DNA of 64,000 nucleotides from positions 500,890 through 564,889 of the forward strand of contig CAWDLQ010000010.1 in NCBI GenBank assembly GCA_963803095.1. Direction: 5' to 3'. How positions within the stretch are numbered: the first letter of the stretch is position 1; every line of letters begins with the position of its first letter. This document shows, piece after piece, positions 35,643 to 46,036 of this stretch. Position numbers and translations under genes: made by a program. The DNA comes from an uncultured Acidobacteriaceae bacterium. Its GTDB lineage: Bacteria > Acidobacteriota > Terriglobia > Terriglobales > Acidobacteriaceae. Under the pieces are notes generated by a model. That model did not search any database and was not told the DNA's origin. It worked only from the letters and a program-made list of their open reading frames with translations.

Positions 35643-36913
35643 CTATCCTTTATTCGGCTCAAACCACGTTGTTCCTGGAATCTGCACCTTCCTGGCCTCT
35701 TCTTCATTCATCTCCACTCCTAAGCCAGGCTTGTCCAGAGGAGTGACGTAACCCTGCTGGATGATTTCGCCCTCCTTGATAAAGTTCTTCCACGTGTCGA
35801 GATGATTGATCCAGTGCCACTCGCACACCAGGTAGTTGGGAATGGTAGCGCAAACGTGGGCCGAAGCCATGGTGCCGATGGGCGAAACCACGCAGTGCGG
35901 CGCAAACGGAACGTAATAGGCCTGCGCCATATTTGCGATCTTGCGCGCCTCCGAAAGCCCGCCTACCTTCTGGATATCCGGCATGATGATATCGGCCGCG
36001 CGCTTCTGCAGCAGTTCGGTGTAACCCCACCGCAGGTACAGATTCTCCCCGCAGCAAATCGGCGTAGTCGTTGAGTGGCGGATATCCGCCATGGCGTCGA
36101 TGTCCTCCGGCGGCACCGGCTCTTCCAGCCACAACAGCCGGTAAGGTTCGAGTGCCACCGCTACCCGCTTGCCGGTGGTGGCATCATAGCGGCCGTGCAT
36201 GTCGCAAGCCAGGTCCATTTCCTTGGGTATCGATTCCCGCACGTGCTTGACCCAACTGACCATGCGATCAATTTCGCCATTGCTCGCCGTCCAGTTCACC
36301 TTGTCGAAGCGTGCCGGATCGGCCGCGTCGTCGAGGTCAATCTTCATTGCGGTGAAACCCTGCTCCTTGATCCAGGGCAGCTTGCGATCCGATTCTGCGC
36401 CAACAGGATTATCCATGTCCGAGTCGCAGTACATGCGAACCTTGTCCCGGAATTTCCCTCCAGCAGTTGATAAACAGGGAGACCTAGAATCTTGCCCGTG
36501 AGATCCCAAAGCGCGATCTCAACCCCCGTCATCGCAGTCACGTACTGTCCGCCCTGGGCGCCGGCGAAGATTCCCGAGACCCGCATTCTCTCCCACAGCG
36601 CGTCGACGTTGAGCGGATCCTGCCCAATCAGCATGCGGCGAAAGCCGCGTACCAGGGAGGCCGTTCCGACGGCTGCATCCGTTGACTCGCCCTGCCCATA
36701 CAGACCGGAGTCGGTGTAAACCCGCACGTGCGTTTGTGGCCCGTGGACCAGCACCTGGGCAGTGCGGATATCCGTGATCTTTACCTTAGGCCGCTGCTGC
36801 GGCGTACTGTTGTCTTCAATCGCCCGCGCCAGGGAGGGAAGCGCGAAGATTCCGGCACTGGGCACAGCTGCAGCCGCGCCCTTCAATATTGACCTTCGTG
36901 TGAACTGACTCAT
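35643..36913 (-). pseudogene. Enolase-superfamily (mandelate racemase/galactonate dehydratase-like) enzyme with a Tat signal; one frameshift near 36.47 kb
   Basis: Fragments 36344..36913 ('MSQFTRRSILKGAAAAVPSAGIFALPSLARA', '...EIALWDLTGKILGLPVYQLL') and 35643..36509 ('GGKFRDKVRMYCD...AMKIDLDD...LWLEEP...'). Confidence 0.8.
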
Positions 36914-37075
36914 GGAATGTCCCTTTCGTCGAGCGATGGCATGAGTGATCGTGATAATGGCGCCGGCGATTTCAGCTCCGGTGGAGTCGTGCCGCGGATC
37001 CTTCGCTCCGTCTGGCCCAAAAGACCGGCCAAACGAAGCTCAGGATCACAGCAGCAAACGTTGGGCGAAACTGCC

Positions 37076-40000
37076 TTAGAACGTGTACCTGGCGCCTAGC
37101 TCCAGTTCCCGCCCACCTCCATTTGCACTTCCCGGAAGTGCATTTGAGCCCGTGATTTGGCCCGCGTTGGACCCATTCACATATTTGGTTGGGTTGCCGA
37201 AGTTGGTGTGGTTGAGGGCGTTGAACGCGTCAAACCGGAATTGTAACTGGTGGTGTTCGTTGTAAGGCATCTTGAAACTCTTGCCGAGGGACATATCGAA
37301 TTGCTGGTAGCCCGGGCCGTATAACATGTTGCGACTCGTGCTTCCGAGGAAACCCGGGGCCGGCTCCGGGAAGGCCGCGAGATTCACCCATTGGCCGTGG
37401 CTTCCGGCCGTTTTGTGGGACTGGAAATAGCTCTGTCCGGCGACGTAATTCGGCCGGGTCGCCGGTGTGCCGCCGGAAATGGTATTGGTACTGGCATTGT
37501 TGTCGTTGTACCCCATGTTGAACGGTACGCCGGTCTGGAGGGTGCCGAGGACGCTGAGTTGCCAGCCGCCAATCACTGCATCCACGATCTTCGACGAAGG
37601 CGCGTACATCAAGCCCGGGCCAATGGGCAGGTTGTAAATGAGCGAGCCAACAACGCGATGCTTAACATCGAAGTCCGAAGGCCCGTATTCGCAGCTGATG
37701 CAGAGGTCGTTCTGCGGGAAGAGCTCCGACGACTGGGTGCGGATTCCGCTGGTATCGTCCAGCGATTTCGCATAGGTGTAGGAGCTGATCAGGTTGAAGC
37801 CGTTGCTGAAGCGCTTGTTCACCTGGAAGGTGAGGGCGTTGTAATTCGCGTTGCCCAGGTCGTGCACTAACTGAATCACGCCATTGTTCGGGTAGGGCGT
37901 ACGCTGCGAGATGCTCAAAGGCGAACCATTCGCATTGTAACCAGCGGCGCCGAGCAACCCGTACGGAACCGAATAATTGGCATTGCGAAAGCCATAGAGA
38001 TGATCGGTTTTCGAACCCAGGTATCCGGCCTGGAGCTGCCAGTTCTGGCCGAGCTGCTTCTGGACATCGAGCAGCCAGACCTCGCTGTACGTAGTTTTGT
38101 GCCTGTACGCATTGGCGTAAGTGTAGGGCGGCGGTATGTTGGCAGTGGAGCCGCTGGCCACAGCGTTGCCCCAGTTGATGGTATTCAGGCCGGGAGTCCC
38201 AGCCCCCGAGGTTGTCGTGACACGCCCGGCCAGGTTACGGGCCACATCGAAGCGGGCGTTGGCGGTGTCATTGTCGTAATACAAGCCAAAGCCCGAGCGG
38301 ATGACCCATGTACTGTTCGGCGTGTAGGCAATGCCCAAACGGGGCGCGAAGTTGTTGTATTGGGTCTGCATGAGCGAGTTAGGGAAATTGCCGTTGGCGC
38401 ACTGCGGCCCCGGATTGACGGGGGCGCCACTGGAGTTGACCCAGCGGATGTTAACTCCCTGATACGGGTCAGTGCAGGTGCCCTCGCGTCTAAAGAAGGG
38501 CCACAGGCTCTGCGGCTCCGGCCCGGAGACAAAGGGGCTAATGGGCGAGTTGTTGGTTTGCAAATCCACGATGAACTCATTGCCCAGGATGTCGTGCCAG
38601 GGCGGAGTCAGCTCATAGCGGAGGCCGGCTGACACGGTGAGTTTGGGCGAGAACTTATAGTTATCGTCGACGTAGGCGGCCTCGACGTTGCGCTTGTAAT
38701 CGGCCTGCGCGATCTGCACCGCATACACCGATGTGTAAAGCTGGCCGAGCAGGAAGTCTGCGAACGCGGAGCCGGTTCCCTTGACCAGTTTCCCAGGGGA
38801 GCTGGCCTCAGCGGTGGCGTTGGCCTGGAAGGTGAATGAGCCGCGGGAGAACTGGTTGCCCAGCTCATTAAAGGTCTGCCGTTCGTACGTGAAGCCGAAG
38901 TCGAAGGAATGCTTGCCATAGACCCAGGTGATGTTGTCGCTGATCGAGATATTGGGGTCTTTGGTCACATAGGGACCGTCGGTGCTGTCGCCAAGCGCTT
39001 GGAAGATATCCCCTGTAAAGCTTACCGAGGGAATACCCCAGGTTGCAGGAATCCCGGGTTGAAGGCCGGGAATCCCGACCTTGGACACGGCGTCATTGAC
39101 GCCCTGCGAGAACAGTCCGAGAGAATTATAGAAATTAGTCCAGCCAAACGCGGCCACGTTGACGATCGTGGGAGAGATGGTCCAGGTGTGGGAGCCCATG
39201 TACTGGTAGTAGCTGGTGATGATATTGCTGCCGGTTGTCCCGCCCGCCGTCTGGAATATCGCGGTGGGGTTCGTTTCCAGGCCATTGCTGAAGCGGAAGC
39301 CGAACTGCTGCTTCGATGACAAGTAGTAATCACCACGCACGTTGAAGCCGTCGTGAGTGTCCCTTACGGATTGGAGGAAGGTGTAATTGTTCTGAAACAG
39401 GTTGTTCTGAGCCGGGGCGTAGAACAACTGGATGAACTTCAGTGAGGTAGGATCGATGCGGCTCGCCGGAATGACGTTGCCCGGGAACTGTGTCCTGCCC
39501 GTGCCGTTGGGGTTCCCGGTGGCGGGATCGTAGATGGGAACGACGGATCCGTTTGCGGTTGTGGTGTACTGGCTGAAATTGCCGCCCAGGACGGCCTGCG
39601 TCGGCAGGGTGTACCCGGTATTCGAGAGACTGATTCGGGAATACCATTCGTCGTTGACCATAAAGAAGAAGCGGTTCTTGCCGTTGAAGACGTGGGGAAT
39701 CGAGATCGGTCCGGTGAGCACGAATCCGTAGTCGTTATATTTATAGGGGAACGCGGCGGGTTGAGGAGTGGGATAGAAATAGTTATACCCGAGAGCATCC
39801 GCGTAGTTGTTGCGAAGGAAGTAGAACCCGGCGCCGTGATAATTGTTGCTGCCGCTCTTGGTGACCACGTTGACCTGGGTCGCGTTATACCCGTATTGGG
39901 CGGGATAGACGCCGGTTTGCACCTTCAATTCCTGGATGGCGTCGATGGAGGGCTGGACCACATAGCTGTTGAAGTCGGGGTCGGAATTGTTGATGCCATC

Positions 40001-40591
40001 GAGCGTGTAGTGGTTGAACATGATGCGCGAGCCGCCCACCGAGATGGTCTCGTTGGCGCGGGCGCCGCCCTCCCGCGCGCCGGCTTGGCCTTGGGTCGGT
40101 GAAACGACGTTCGCGTTTGCCGAGATCGCTGTCAGGTTCAGGTAGTTTCTATTGTTCACCGGCGTCTGGGCGAGGGTCTCAGTAGGAACCACGGTGCCAA
40201 GGGAGGAGTTCTGCGTCTGGAGAAGGGCGGCTGTGGCCGAAACGGATACCGTTTGCGTCACCTCACCGACCTGGAGCGTGAAATTCTGGGTCAACGATTG
40301 CTGCACCTGCAGTTCCACGTTCCGAGCGCTCTCAACCTTGAAGCCCGGATGGGTGGCTTCAACGCTATAGACTCCTGGCGGAACATCCGGGAACGTATAG
40401 TCGCCGGCGCTGGTCGAAACGGTGGTGCGGGTGGTGTTCGTGGCCGTGTCGATCAGGGTGATGGTGACGGCGGGAACCACCGCCCCCGTCGTGTCATTGA
40501 CATGTCCTACGATGGTGCCGCTGGTCTGCGCCAGCAGCGCGGAAGCTGCCAGCAATGAGAAACCGCAAAACAACCCTATGCGCCTTAACAT
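37076..40591 (-). CDS. TonB-dependent receptor with an N-terminal CarboxypepD_reg domain
   Basis: 1171 aa, intact. It has a signal peptide and 'GTIVGHVNDTTGAVVPAVTITLIDTATNTTRTTVSTSAGDYTFPDVPPGVYSVEA', then plug and barrel regions, and a C-terminal 'LELGARYTF'. Confidence 0.9.
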   Translation of the reverse strand: MLRRIGLFCGFSLLAASALLAQTSGTIVGHVNDTTGAVVPAVTITLIDTATNTTRTTVSTSAGDYTFPDVPPGVYSVEATHPGFKVESARNVELQVQQSLTQNFTLQVGEVTQTVSVSATAALLQTQNSSLGTVVPTETLAQTPVNNRNYLNLTAISANANVVSPTQGQAGAREGGARANETISVGGSRIMFNHYTLDGINNSDPDFNSYVVQPSIDAIQELKVQTGVYPAQYGYNATQVNVVTKSGSNNYHGAGFYFLRNNYADALGYNYFYPTPQPAAFPYKYNDYGFVLTGPISIPHVFNGKNRFFFMVNDEWYSRISLSNTGYTLPTQAVLGGNFSQYTTTANGSVVPIYDPATGNPNGTGRTQFPGNVIPASRIDPTSLKFIQLFYAPAQNNLFQNNYTFLQSVRDTHDGFNVRGDYYLSSKQQFGFRFSNGLETNPTAIFQTAGGTTGSNIITSYYQYMGSHTWTISPTIVNVAAFGWTNFYNSLGLFSQGVNDAVSKVGIPGLQPGIPATWGIPSVSFTGDIFQALGDSTDGPYVTKDPNISISDNITWVYGKHSFDFGFTYERQTFNELGNQFSRGSFTFQANATAEASSPGKLVKGTGSAFADFLLGQLYTSVYAVQIAQADYKRNVEAAYVDDNYKFSPKLTVSAGLRYELTPPWHDILGNEFIVDLQTNNSPISPFVSGPEPQSLWPFFRREGTCTDPYQGVNIRWVNSSGAPVNPGPQCANGNFPNSLMQTQYNNFAPRLGIAYTPNSTWVIRSGFGLYYDNDTANARFDVARNLAGRVTTTSGAGTPGLNTINWGNAVASGSTANIPPPYTYANAYRHKTTYSEVWLLDVQKQLGQNWQLQAGYLGSKTDHLYGFRNANYSVPYGLLGAAGYNANGSPLSISQRTPYPNNGVIQLVHDLGNANYNALTFQVNKRFSNGFNLISSYTYAKSLDDTSGIRTQSSELFPQNDLCISCEYGPSDFDVKHRVVGSLIYNLPIGPGLMYAPSSKIVDAVIGGWQLSVLGTLQTGVPFNMGYNDNNASTNTISGGTPATRPNYVAGQSYFQSHKTAGSHGQWVNLAAFPEPAPGFLGSTSRNMLYGPGYQQFDMSLGKSFKMPYNEHHQLQFRFDAFNALNHTNFGNPTKYVNGSNAGQITGSNALPGSANGGGRELELGARYTF

Positions 40592-40984
40592 ATTGAACCG
40601 CCTCCCAGAAGGTCTTTCTGTGACAGCCTTTTACTTTCCCGCTGTCACGTGAGAGGACTGGCCGGCGAGGAGCGTGTTTGCCCCGCCACTTCGCATCGTG
40701 CAACGGCGATTTCAGATAACGGCGGCACGCTATCACGCTGAAAAAACCATAGTCAAGCAAATGTTGCAGGGCCCTCCCATTACCGGAATCCCGGAGCGCA
40801 TTGGCGAGACAGGGGCGCGGGATTGGACGATCCTTTCGAGGTTCAGCTTTGAGCGGCAAAAAATGGCGATCCGAAATGAACAGTATTCGGGACAAAAAAC
40901 TACCCCGCTGGCCAGGTTTGCTGGTTCGGCGGGGTAAGTAGTTACGATCGTTAGCTAGGGGCGGTTTGAAGGTAACGCATCTTC

Positions 40985-43900
40985 TTAGAACACGAGCTTG
41001 GCGGAAATCTGCATGTCCCGGTTATCAAGGTTCGTACCCGAAATTATGCCCGCCTGTGCTGAGCCAATGGCCGCGTTCGGGTTAAGGAAGTTTGGATGAT
41101 TGAACGAGTTAAAAGCGTCTCCACGCAGCGCCAGATTAATCGACTCGTGGATGTGAAATGTCCGTTGCAACGATAGGTCCGCATTGGCCTCGCCGGGTCC
41201 ATAGAGAACGCTTCGCGCCGAATTGCCATAGGTGTTATACGGCGGGGCAACAAAGTCTTTGACATTGAACCAGGCCTGTGGCGTCTTGTTCGGAAGTGTG
41301 CCCGGGCCAATCCGGTTTGGCCAGCTGGGCGCACCAAAATTCACCCCGCTGTTGAGAGTGACGGTGAACGGATTGCCGGTGGCCAAAGTGACGATGCCAT
41401 CGACTTCAAACCCGCCCAGGATCCAGGCGGCAGGCCCGGTTTGCAAAAACGCCTTGCCATGCCCGAAGGGCAATTCGTAGGTTGTGCTGCTTACAAAGCG
41501 GTGCTTCTGGTCAAAGCCCGAAGCCCCGTATCCGCATCGCAGGCAGGTAATTGTCTGCGGGTTACCGGAGCTGCCGCCGCCGCTGGCTGCAGATCCCCCC
41601 ATGTCCAGAGACTTGCTCCACGTATAGCTGACCAATTCCGTCCATCCATGCGCATAACGCCGGGTAAACTTCGCCTGCAGAGCGTTGTAATTCGAGGCAT
41701 TGATCTCGCTCTCCTGTACCCAGGTGGAAATATTGTTGAGCGGCTGGATGAGCCGGCGGCTGGCTTGCGAGGGGGCGCTATCGACGCCCGGCGTTCCCGG
41801 TTCCACCTCGTTGGGGTTAAAGGCGAGCGTGAGATGAGGGCTATGGCTGCCTGCATACGCCAGTTCGAACAATCCGCTGGAGCTGATTTGTTTTTCCACG
41901 CTCAGACTCCACGTCTGCGTAGAGGGAGTGGGATTGTTGACTTGGTGGCTGATGATGGCCGGCGCCGCGGCATTCAGCAGTGTTGTGGTGGTGGTGGTGG
42001 GCGGCCCAATCGTAACCACACCCTGGGGAAACAGATTGTTGATCGTCACCACGCAGCTCGATCCAACATTGGCCGCCGTGCATGGAGTCGCATAAGCAGA
42101 AGCAGCTAGATTGGTGTTGGTGGAGAACGTCTGCGAAACGGTGAAAGGAGGGTTCTGGCCGAGTTCATCGGAAGCCGAATAAGGCAGCGGGAAATAGCTG
42201 ATCCCGAAGCCACCGCGCACCACCAGGGTGCCTTTGCCGTTGGCATCATAGGCAAAACCCAGGCGCGGGCCCACGTCGTTATAGCGAGTCTGCATCCCGG
42301 CATGGCGGTCCACGCCGTTTTGCCCGGCATAGATAAAGGCCAGCGTCGTGTAGTCGAAGTTGGCCAAACGGTTGTGCCGCTCCGCCTCGGGCGTGTACAC
42401 CTCATAGCGCAACCCGGCGTTAATCGTTAACCGCGGACTCGCCTTCCAATCGTCCTGCGCGTAACCGGCCCACTCACCGTCGGTAACGAAGTAAGTCTGC
42501 TGCAGATAGTTCCGGCTGCCGCTATTCGGAAAGCCGAATAACAACGCCGCCAGGCCTGAACCCGTACCGGTGGTGTGCGAGGGGTTATTGGTAAAGTTGT
42601 CGTTGAAGGTGAACCCGCCGCGGGTTGTGGTGTTGGTAAAGGGAGACGCCATTTGCTTGATATAGCGGCCTCCGAACTTCAACTGGTGCTTTCCCCGGGT
42701 CCACGAGATCACGTCTTCAACCTGAATGTTGGTCTGCACCGGATGCGCGGGCAAGAACGCCGTGCCGCCTTGCAGGCAGGTGAATTCCGATCCGCAGGAA
42801 CTGCCGATCGTTATGTTGGGCAGACCCGTCGCATACTTGGTCACGTTCAGGCCTTCGATCCCCAATGAGGTCGAGGAGTTGTGGCCATAGTCAGACTGAA
42901 ACGTAAACGGATTCGTACGCGAGTATCCGGTGCGGAATTCGTTGACCAGGCCGGCGTTGAATACATGCGATTCGTTGAGCGCAAGACCCTGAGCGATGAG
43001 GGTCGTGTTTTGAATGCCTGCCACATACGGCCCCAGGTCAAACTTGGATGCAGCGGAAGGTGGGGTGGGCAGGCAGCACGTGCCCTGCCCGCCTACCAGC
43101 GGGTTGGGCGCAGCCTGGACAAACTTTTCATAGCTGAAGCGCGCAAACATCGAGTCTTTGTCGCCCAAACGATAGTCAAGCCGGCCGTTGCCGCCGTTGT
43201 CGTCGATGATCTGATCAGCCGAGGACTGGAAATTGTTGAAGCTGAGATTCGGGTTCTGGGGTAACGGATAAATACTGGCGACATTCAAGCCAACGGCGTT
43301 GAGTTCGTTGGGCGGAATAACGTTGAGTACTCCGTTATAGGAAGCTTGCTGGCGGGTGGCCACGCCGTTCACGATGGTGGTCGTATAGGGATCGTAAACC
43401 GGGATCAGTTGCCCTGCCGAATTGGTGTAATTGCTGAAGTCCCCCGTGCGCTCCGCTGCCGTGGGCACGCTGTTGAGGTTCACAATCCCCTTCAGAGACC
43501 GCTGCCCGTAATAATCGGCAAAGAAAAACAGCTTGTCCTTGATGATTTTTCCACCCACCGCGCCACCGAACTGATTGCGCCGGTATGCGGGCTGCAACTG
43601 GCTCGTCGGGTTGAAGTAATTGCGCGCGTCCATCCAGCTGTTGCGCAAATAATCGAATGCTTCTCCGTGCAGCGCATTGGAGCCAGACCGCGTGGAGACA
43701 GAAACAACCCCGGCGCCGCGGCCGAAATCCGCCGAATACGTTCCGGTCAGAACCTTGAACTCGGCAATCGATTCCACCGAAGGTTGGATCATGACCGTGT
43801 TGAAGGTCCACTCGTTGTCGTCGATGCCGTCGATCACCCAGCCGTTGGCATTCGCTTGACTGCCCAGTGCATTGAAATCCGACGCCGCGCGCGGATTAAA

Positions 43901-44434
43901 GGAACTCGAGCCGGAGAGGTTTTCACTCGCTTGTCCAGGAGTTACGCCTGGAACCAAGTAGACTAACTGCGCGAAATTTCGCCCGTTAAGCGGCAGATCC
44001 TGCACCTGCGTTTTGCCTACGACTTCGCCCAACTCCGCGCTATCCAAACGCACCAGTGGGGCGGCAGATGTCACTTCCACCGTGTCGTTTACCTGTCCGA
44101 CCTGCATGATGAAGTCGGTGCGCGCATGTTGATCGACGTCCAGGACGACATTGTTGGACACAGTCCGTTTGAACCCGCCCTTCTCGACCGCGACGTCGTA
44201 GGTTCCAGGGATCAGGAAGGGCGCGTTATAGTCGCCATTTGCGTCGGTTGTGTAGTTGGAAACCGTCCCTTTTCCGGTATCGGTGATGGTCACGGTGGCG
44301 CCAGGGACCACAGCACCCGACGAATCGCGGACCGTTCCAAGAATAGTTCCAGTGGTAACTTGGCCGAAGGCGATGGAAGAGAAAGTGAGTAGGACGAGAA
44401 AAGACGAGAATATCCCGGATAGCCTGCTGAACAT
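40985..44434 (-). CDS. TonB-dependent receptor with an N-terminal CarboxypepD_reg domain
   Basis: 1149 aa, intact. 'GTILGTVRDSSGAVVPGATVTITDTGKGTVSNYTTDANGDYNAPFLIPGTYDVAV' at the N-terminus and 'MQISAKLVF' at the C-terminus. Confidence 0.9.
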   Translation of the reverse strand: MFSRLSGIFSSFLVLLTFSSIAFGQVTTGTILGTVRDSSGAVVPGATVTITDTGKGTVSNYTTDANGDYNAPFLIPGTYDVAVEKGGFKRTVSNNVVLDVDQHARTDFIMQVGQVNDTVEVTSAAPLVRLDSAELGEVVGKTQVQDLPLNGRNFAQLVYLVPGVTPGQASENLSGSSSFNPRAASDFNALGSQANANGWVIDGIDDNEWTFNTVMIQPSVESIAEFKVLTGTYSADFGRGAGVVSVSTRSGSNALHGEAFDYLRNSWMDARNYFNPTSQLQPAYRRNQFGGAVGGKIIKDKLFFFADYYGQRSLKGIVNLNSVPTAAERTGDFSNYTNSAGQLIPVYDPYTTTIVNGVATRQQASYNGVLNVIPPNELNAVGLNVASIYPLPQNPNLSFNNFQSSADQIIDDNGGNGRLDYRLGDKDSMFARFSYEKFVQAAPNPLVGGQGTCCLPTPPSAASKFDLGPYVAGIQNTTLIAQGLALNESHVFNAGLVNEFRTGYSRTNPFTFQSDYGHNSSTSLGIEGLNVTKYATGLPNITIGSSCGSEFTCLQGGTAFLPAHPVQTNIQVEDVISWTRGKHQLKFGGRYIKQMASPFTNTTTRGGFTFNDNFTNNPSHTTGTGSGLAALLFGFPNSGSRNYLQQTYFVTDGEWAGYAQDDWKASPRLTINAGLRYEVYTPEAERHNRLANFDYTTLAFIYAGQNGVDRHAGMQTRYNDVGPRLGFAYDANGKGTLVVRGGFGISYFPLPYSASDELGQNPPFTVSQTFSTNTNLAASAYATPCTAANVGSSCVVTINNLFPQGVVTIGPPTTTTTTLLNAAAPAIISHQVNNPTPSTQTWSLSVEKQISSSGLFELAYAGSHSPHLTLAFNPNEVEPGTPGVDSAPSQASRRLIQPLNNISTWVQESEINASNYNALQAKFTRRYAHGWTELVSYTWSKSLDMGGSAASGGGSSGNPQTITCLRCGYGASGFDQKHRFVSSTTYELPFGHGKAFLQTGPAAWILGGFEVDGIVTLATGNPFTVTLNSGVNFGAPSWPNRIGPGTLPNKTPQAWFNVKDFVAPPYNTYGNSARSVLYGPGEANADLSLQRTFHIHESINLALRGDAFNSFNHPNFLNPNAAIGSAQAGIISGTNLDNRDMQISAKLVF

Positions 44435-44794
44435 CAGAACTGCCTCCTAGAAGTCAAACCTGCCTCGGCGGAATCGACCCAGGTTGCCCTGCGCCATCCC
44501 CTTCGGCGTGAACCGTGGAAAGTTTTATTTGTAAAGTCCTGTCGCCTTTCTCGCGGCTGAGCCTCACCACGAAATTGGCTGGTCCTTTACGATCTTTTTT
44601 GGTGGCGTGCAAGCGCCATCTCATTTTCCGCCGACCAAAATATCACGCGCCCCACAGAGTGGTCAATGAACCGGGACACTGCGCAGCAAGCGCGCACTCG
44701 GCGAGACTTCCCTTGTGGCGACCGCATCTACCCCATGAATGGCTGTGGAATTCATCTGCCCAATATGTGAGAGGTGTAGCGTGGAGGTTGGCAG

Positions 44795-46036
44795 GTGAGG
44801 GTGCACGTACTCGTCATCAATAGCGGTTCGTCTTCGATCAAGTTTTCCATTTTCGACGCCGGCGAGGGCTCAGGCGCGAACCTCCCGTGGCCCCGGGCTT
44901 TGTTCGACGGCGAAATCAGCGGCATGGGCGGAGCCAAACTTCGCTTTACGTTTCGCGACGCCGACGGGCGGGAGCTGACCGACGGCCCTCAAGGGGATTA
45001 TTCCAAGGCCAACCCCATGGAACTCCTGGAAGACGCAGTGTGCAAGGCGGGTATGCCGCCGCTCGACGCGGTTGGCTACCGGGTGGTGCACCCCGGGGCG
45101 CTGCTCGACCGGCACCAGAGAATCACCGCGGACGTACTGCAGGATCTGGAACAGGCGGTGGTGTTTGCCCCGCTGCACGATCCCCAGGCCATCGCCCTGA
45201 TTCGGGACATGATGGGGCGATTCCCACAAGCCCGGCATTACGCCTGCTTCGACACCATCTTCCACCAGACCATGCCCGTGGAGGCATCGACCTACCCCAT
45301 ACCTCTCGATTATCGCCGGCGTGGAGTCCGTCGATATGGCTTTCATGGGCTTTCCTGTGAGGCGGTGGTGGACGATATGCGGGCCGCCGCAGGCCGGGGA
45401 CAGACGCAGTTTCCGCGGCGCATGGTGATTGCCCATCTGGGCAGCGGCTGCAGCGTGACTGCTTTGCTGGACGGGCGTTCGGTCGATAACACCATGGGGT
45501 TGACGCCCACCGGTGGGGTGGTCATGGGCACCCGTCCTGGAGATCTCGACCCGGGACTGGTCCTCTACCTGCTCCGGCAGCAGCAAGGTGACCCCAAGGC
45601 CGCCCTGGGCTCAGTCGAGACCATGCTGAATCACCAGGCGGGAATGGTTGCCCTCTCCGGGCAGCCCAATGACATGCGCGCCGTGCGCAAGGCCGCGGCG
45701 GCTGGCAGCGCAGACGCCCGGTTGGCGCTCGACATCTTCACCCGCAGTGTGCGCAAAGCGATCGGCGCTTTCGCCTGGCTGTTGGGCGGTTTGGACGCCG
45801 TGGTCTTCACCGGCGGCATTGGGGAGCACGATGTGCAATCCCGGGCGGAGATTTTGCGCGGCCTCGAAACCTCCGGCATCGTGCTCGATGCCGCCGCCAA
45901 TGAAGCGGGTGGTGACGATCTGAGGCAGGTGAGCAGCCCCAATTCCCAGGTCGCGGTTTGGGTCGTTACCGCCCAGGAAGATCGAATGATCGCAGTGCAC
46001 GTGAGACAGATGGAACAAAACAAGGAGGAATTATGA
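44795..46036 (+). CDS. ackA: Acetate kinase
   Basis: 413 aa (GTG start). '[17 protein letters not shown]' is the signature N-terminus, and 'GFHGLS' and 'VFTGGIGE' are present. The stop overlaps the next start (ATGA). Confidence 0.9.
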   Translation: MRVHVLVINSGSSSIKFSIFDAGEGSGANLPWPRALFDGEISGMGGAKLRFTFRDADGRELTDGPQGDYSKANPMELLEDAVCKAGMPPLDAVGYRVVHPGALLDRHQRITADVLQDLEQAVVFAPLHDPQAIALIRDMMGRFPQARHYACFDTIFHQTMPVEASTYPIPLDYRRRGVRRYGFHGLSCEAVVDDMRAAAGRGQTQFPRRMVIAHLGSGCSVTALLDGRSVDNTMGLTPTGGVVMGTRPGDLDPGLVLYLLRQQQGDPKAALGSVETMLNHQAGMVALSGQPNDMRAVRKAAAAGSADARLALDIFTRSVRKAIGAFAWLLGGLDAVVFTGGIGEHDVQSRAEILRGLETSGIVLDAAANEAGGDDLRQVSSPNSQVAVWVVTAQEDRMIAVHVRQMEQNKEEL

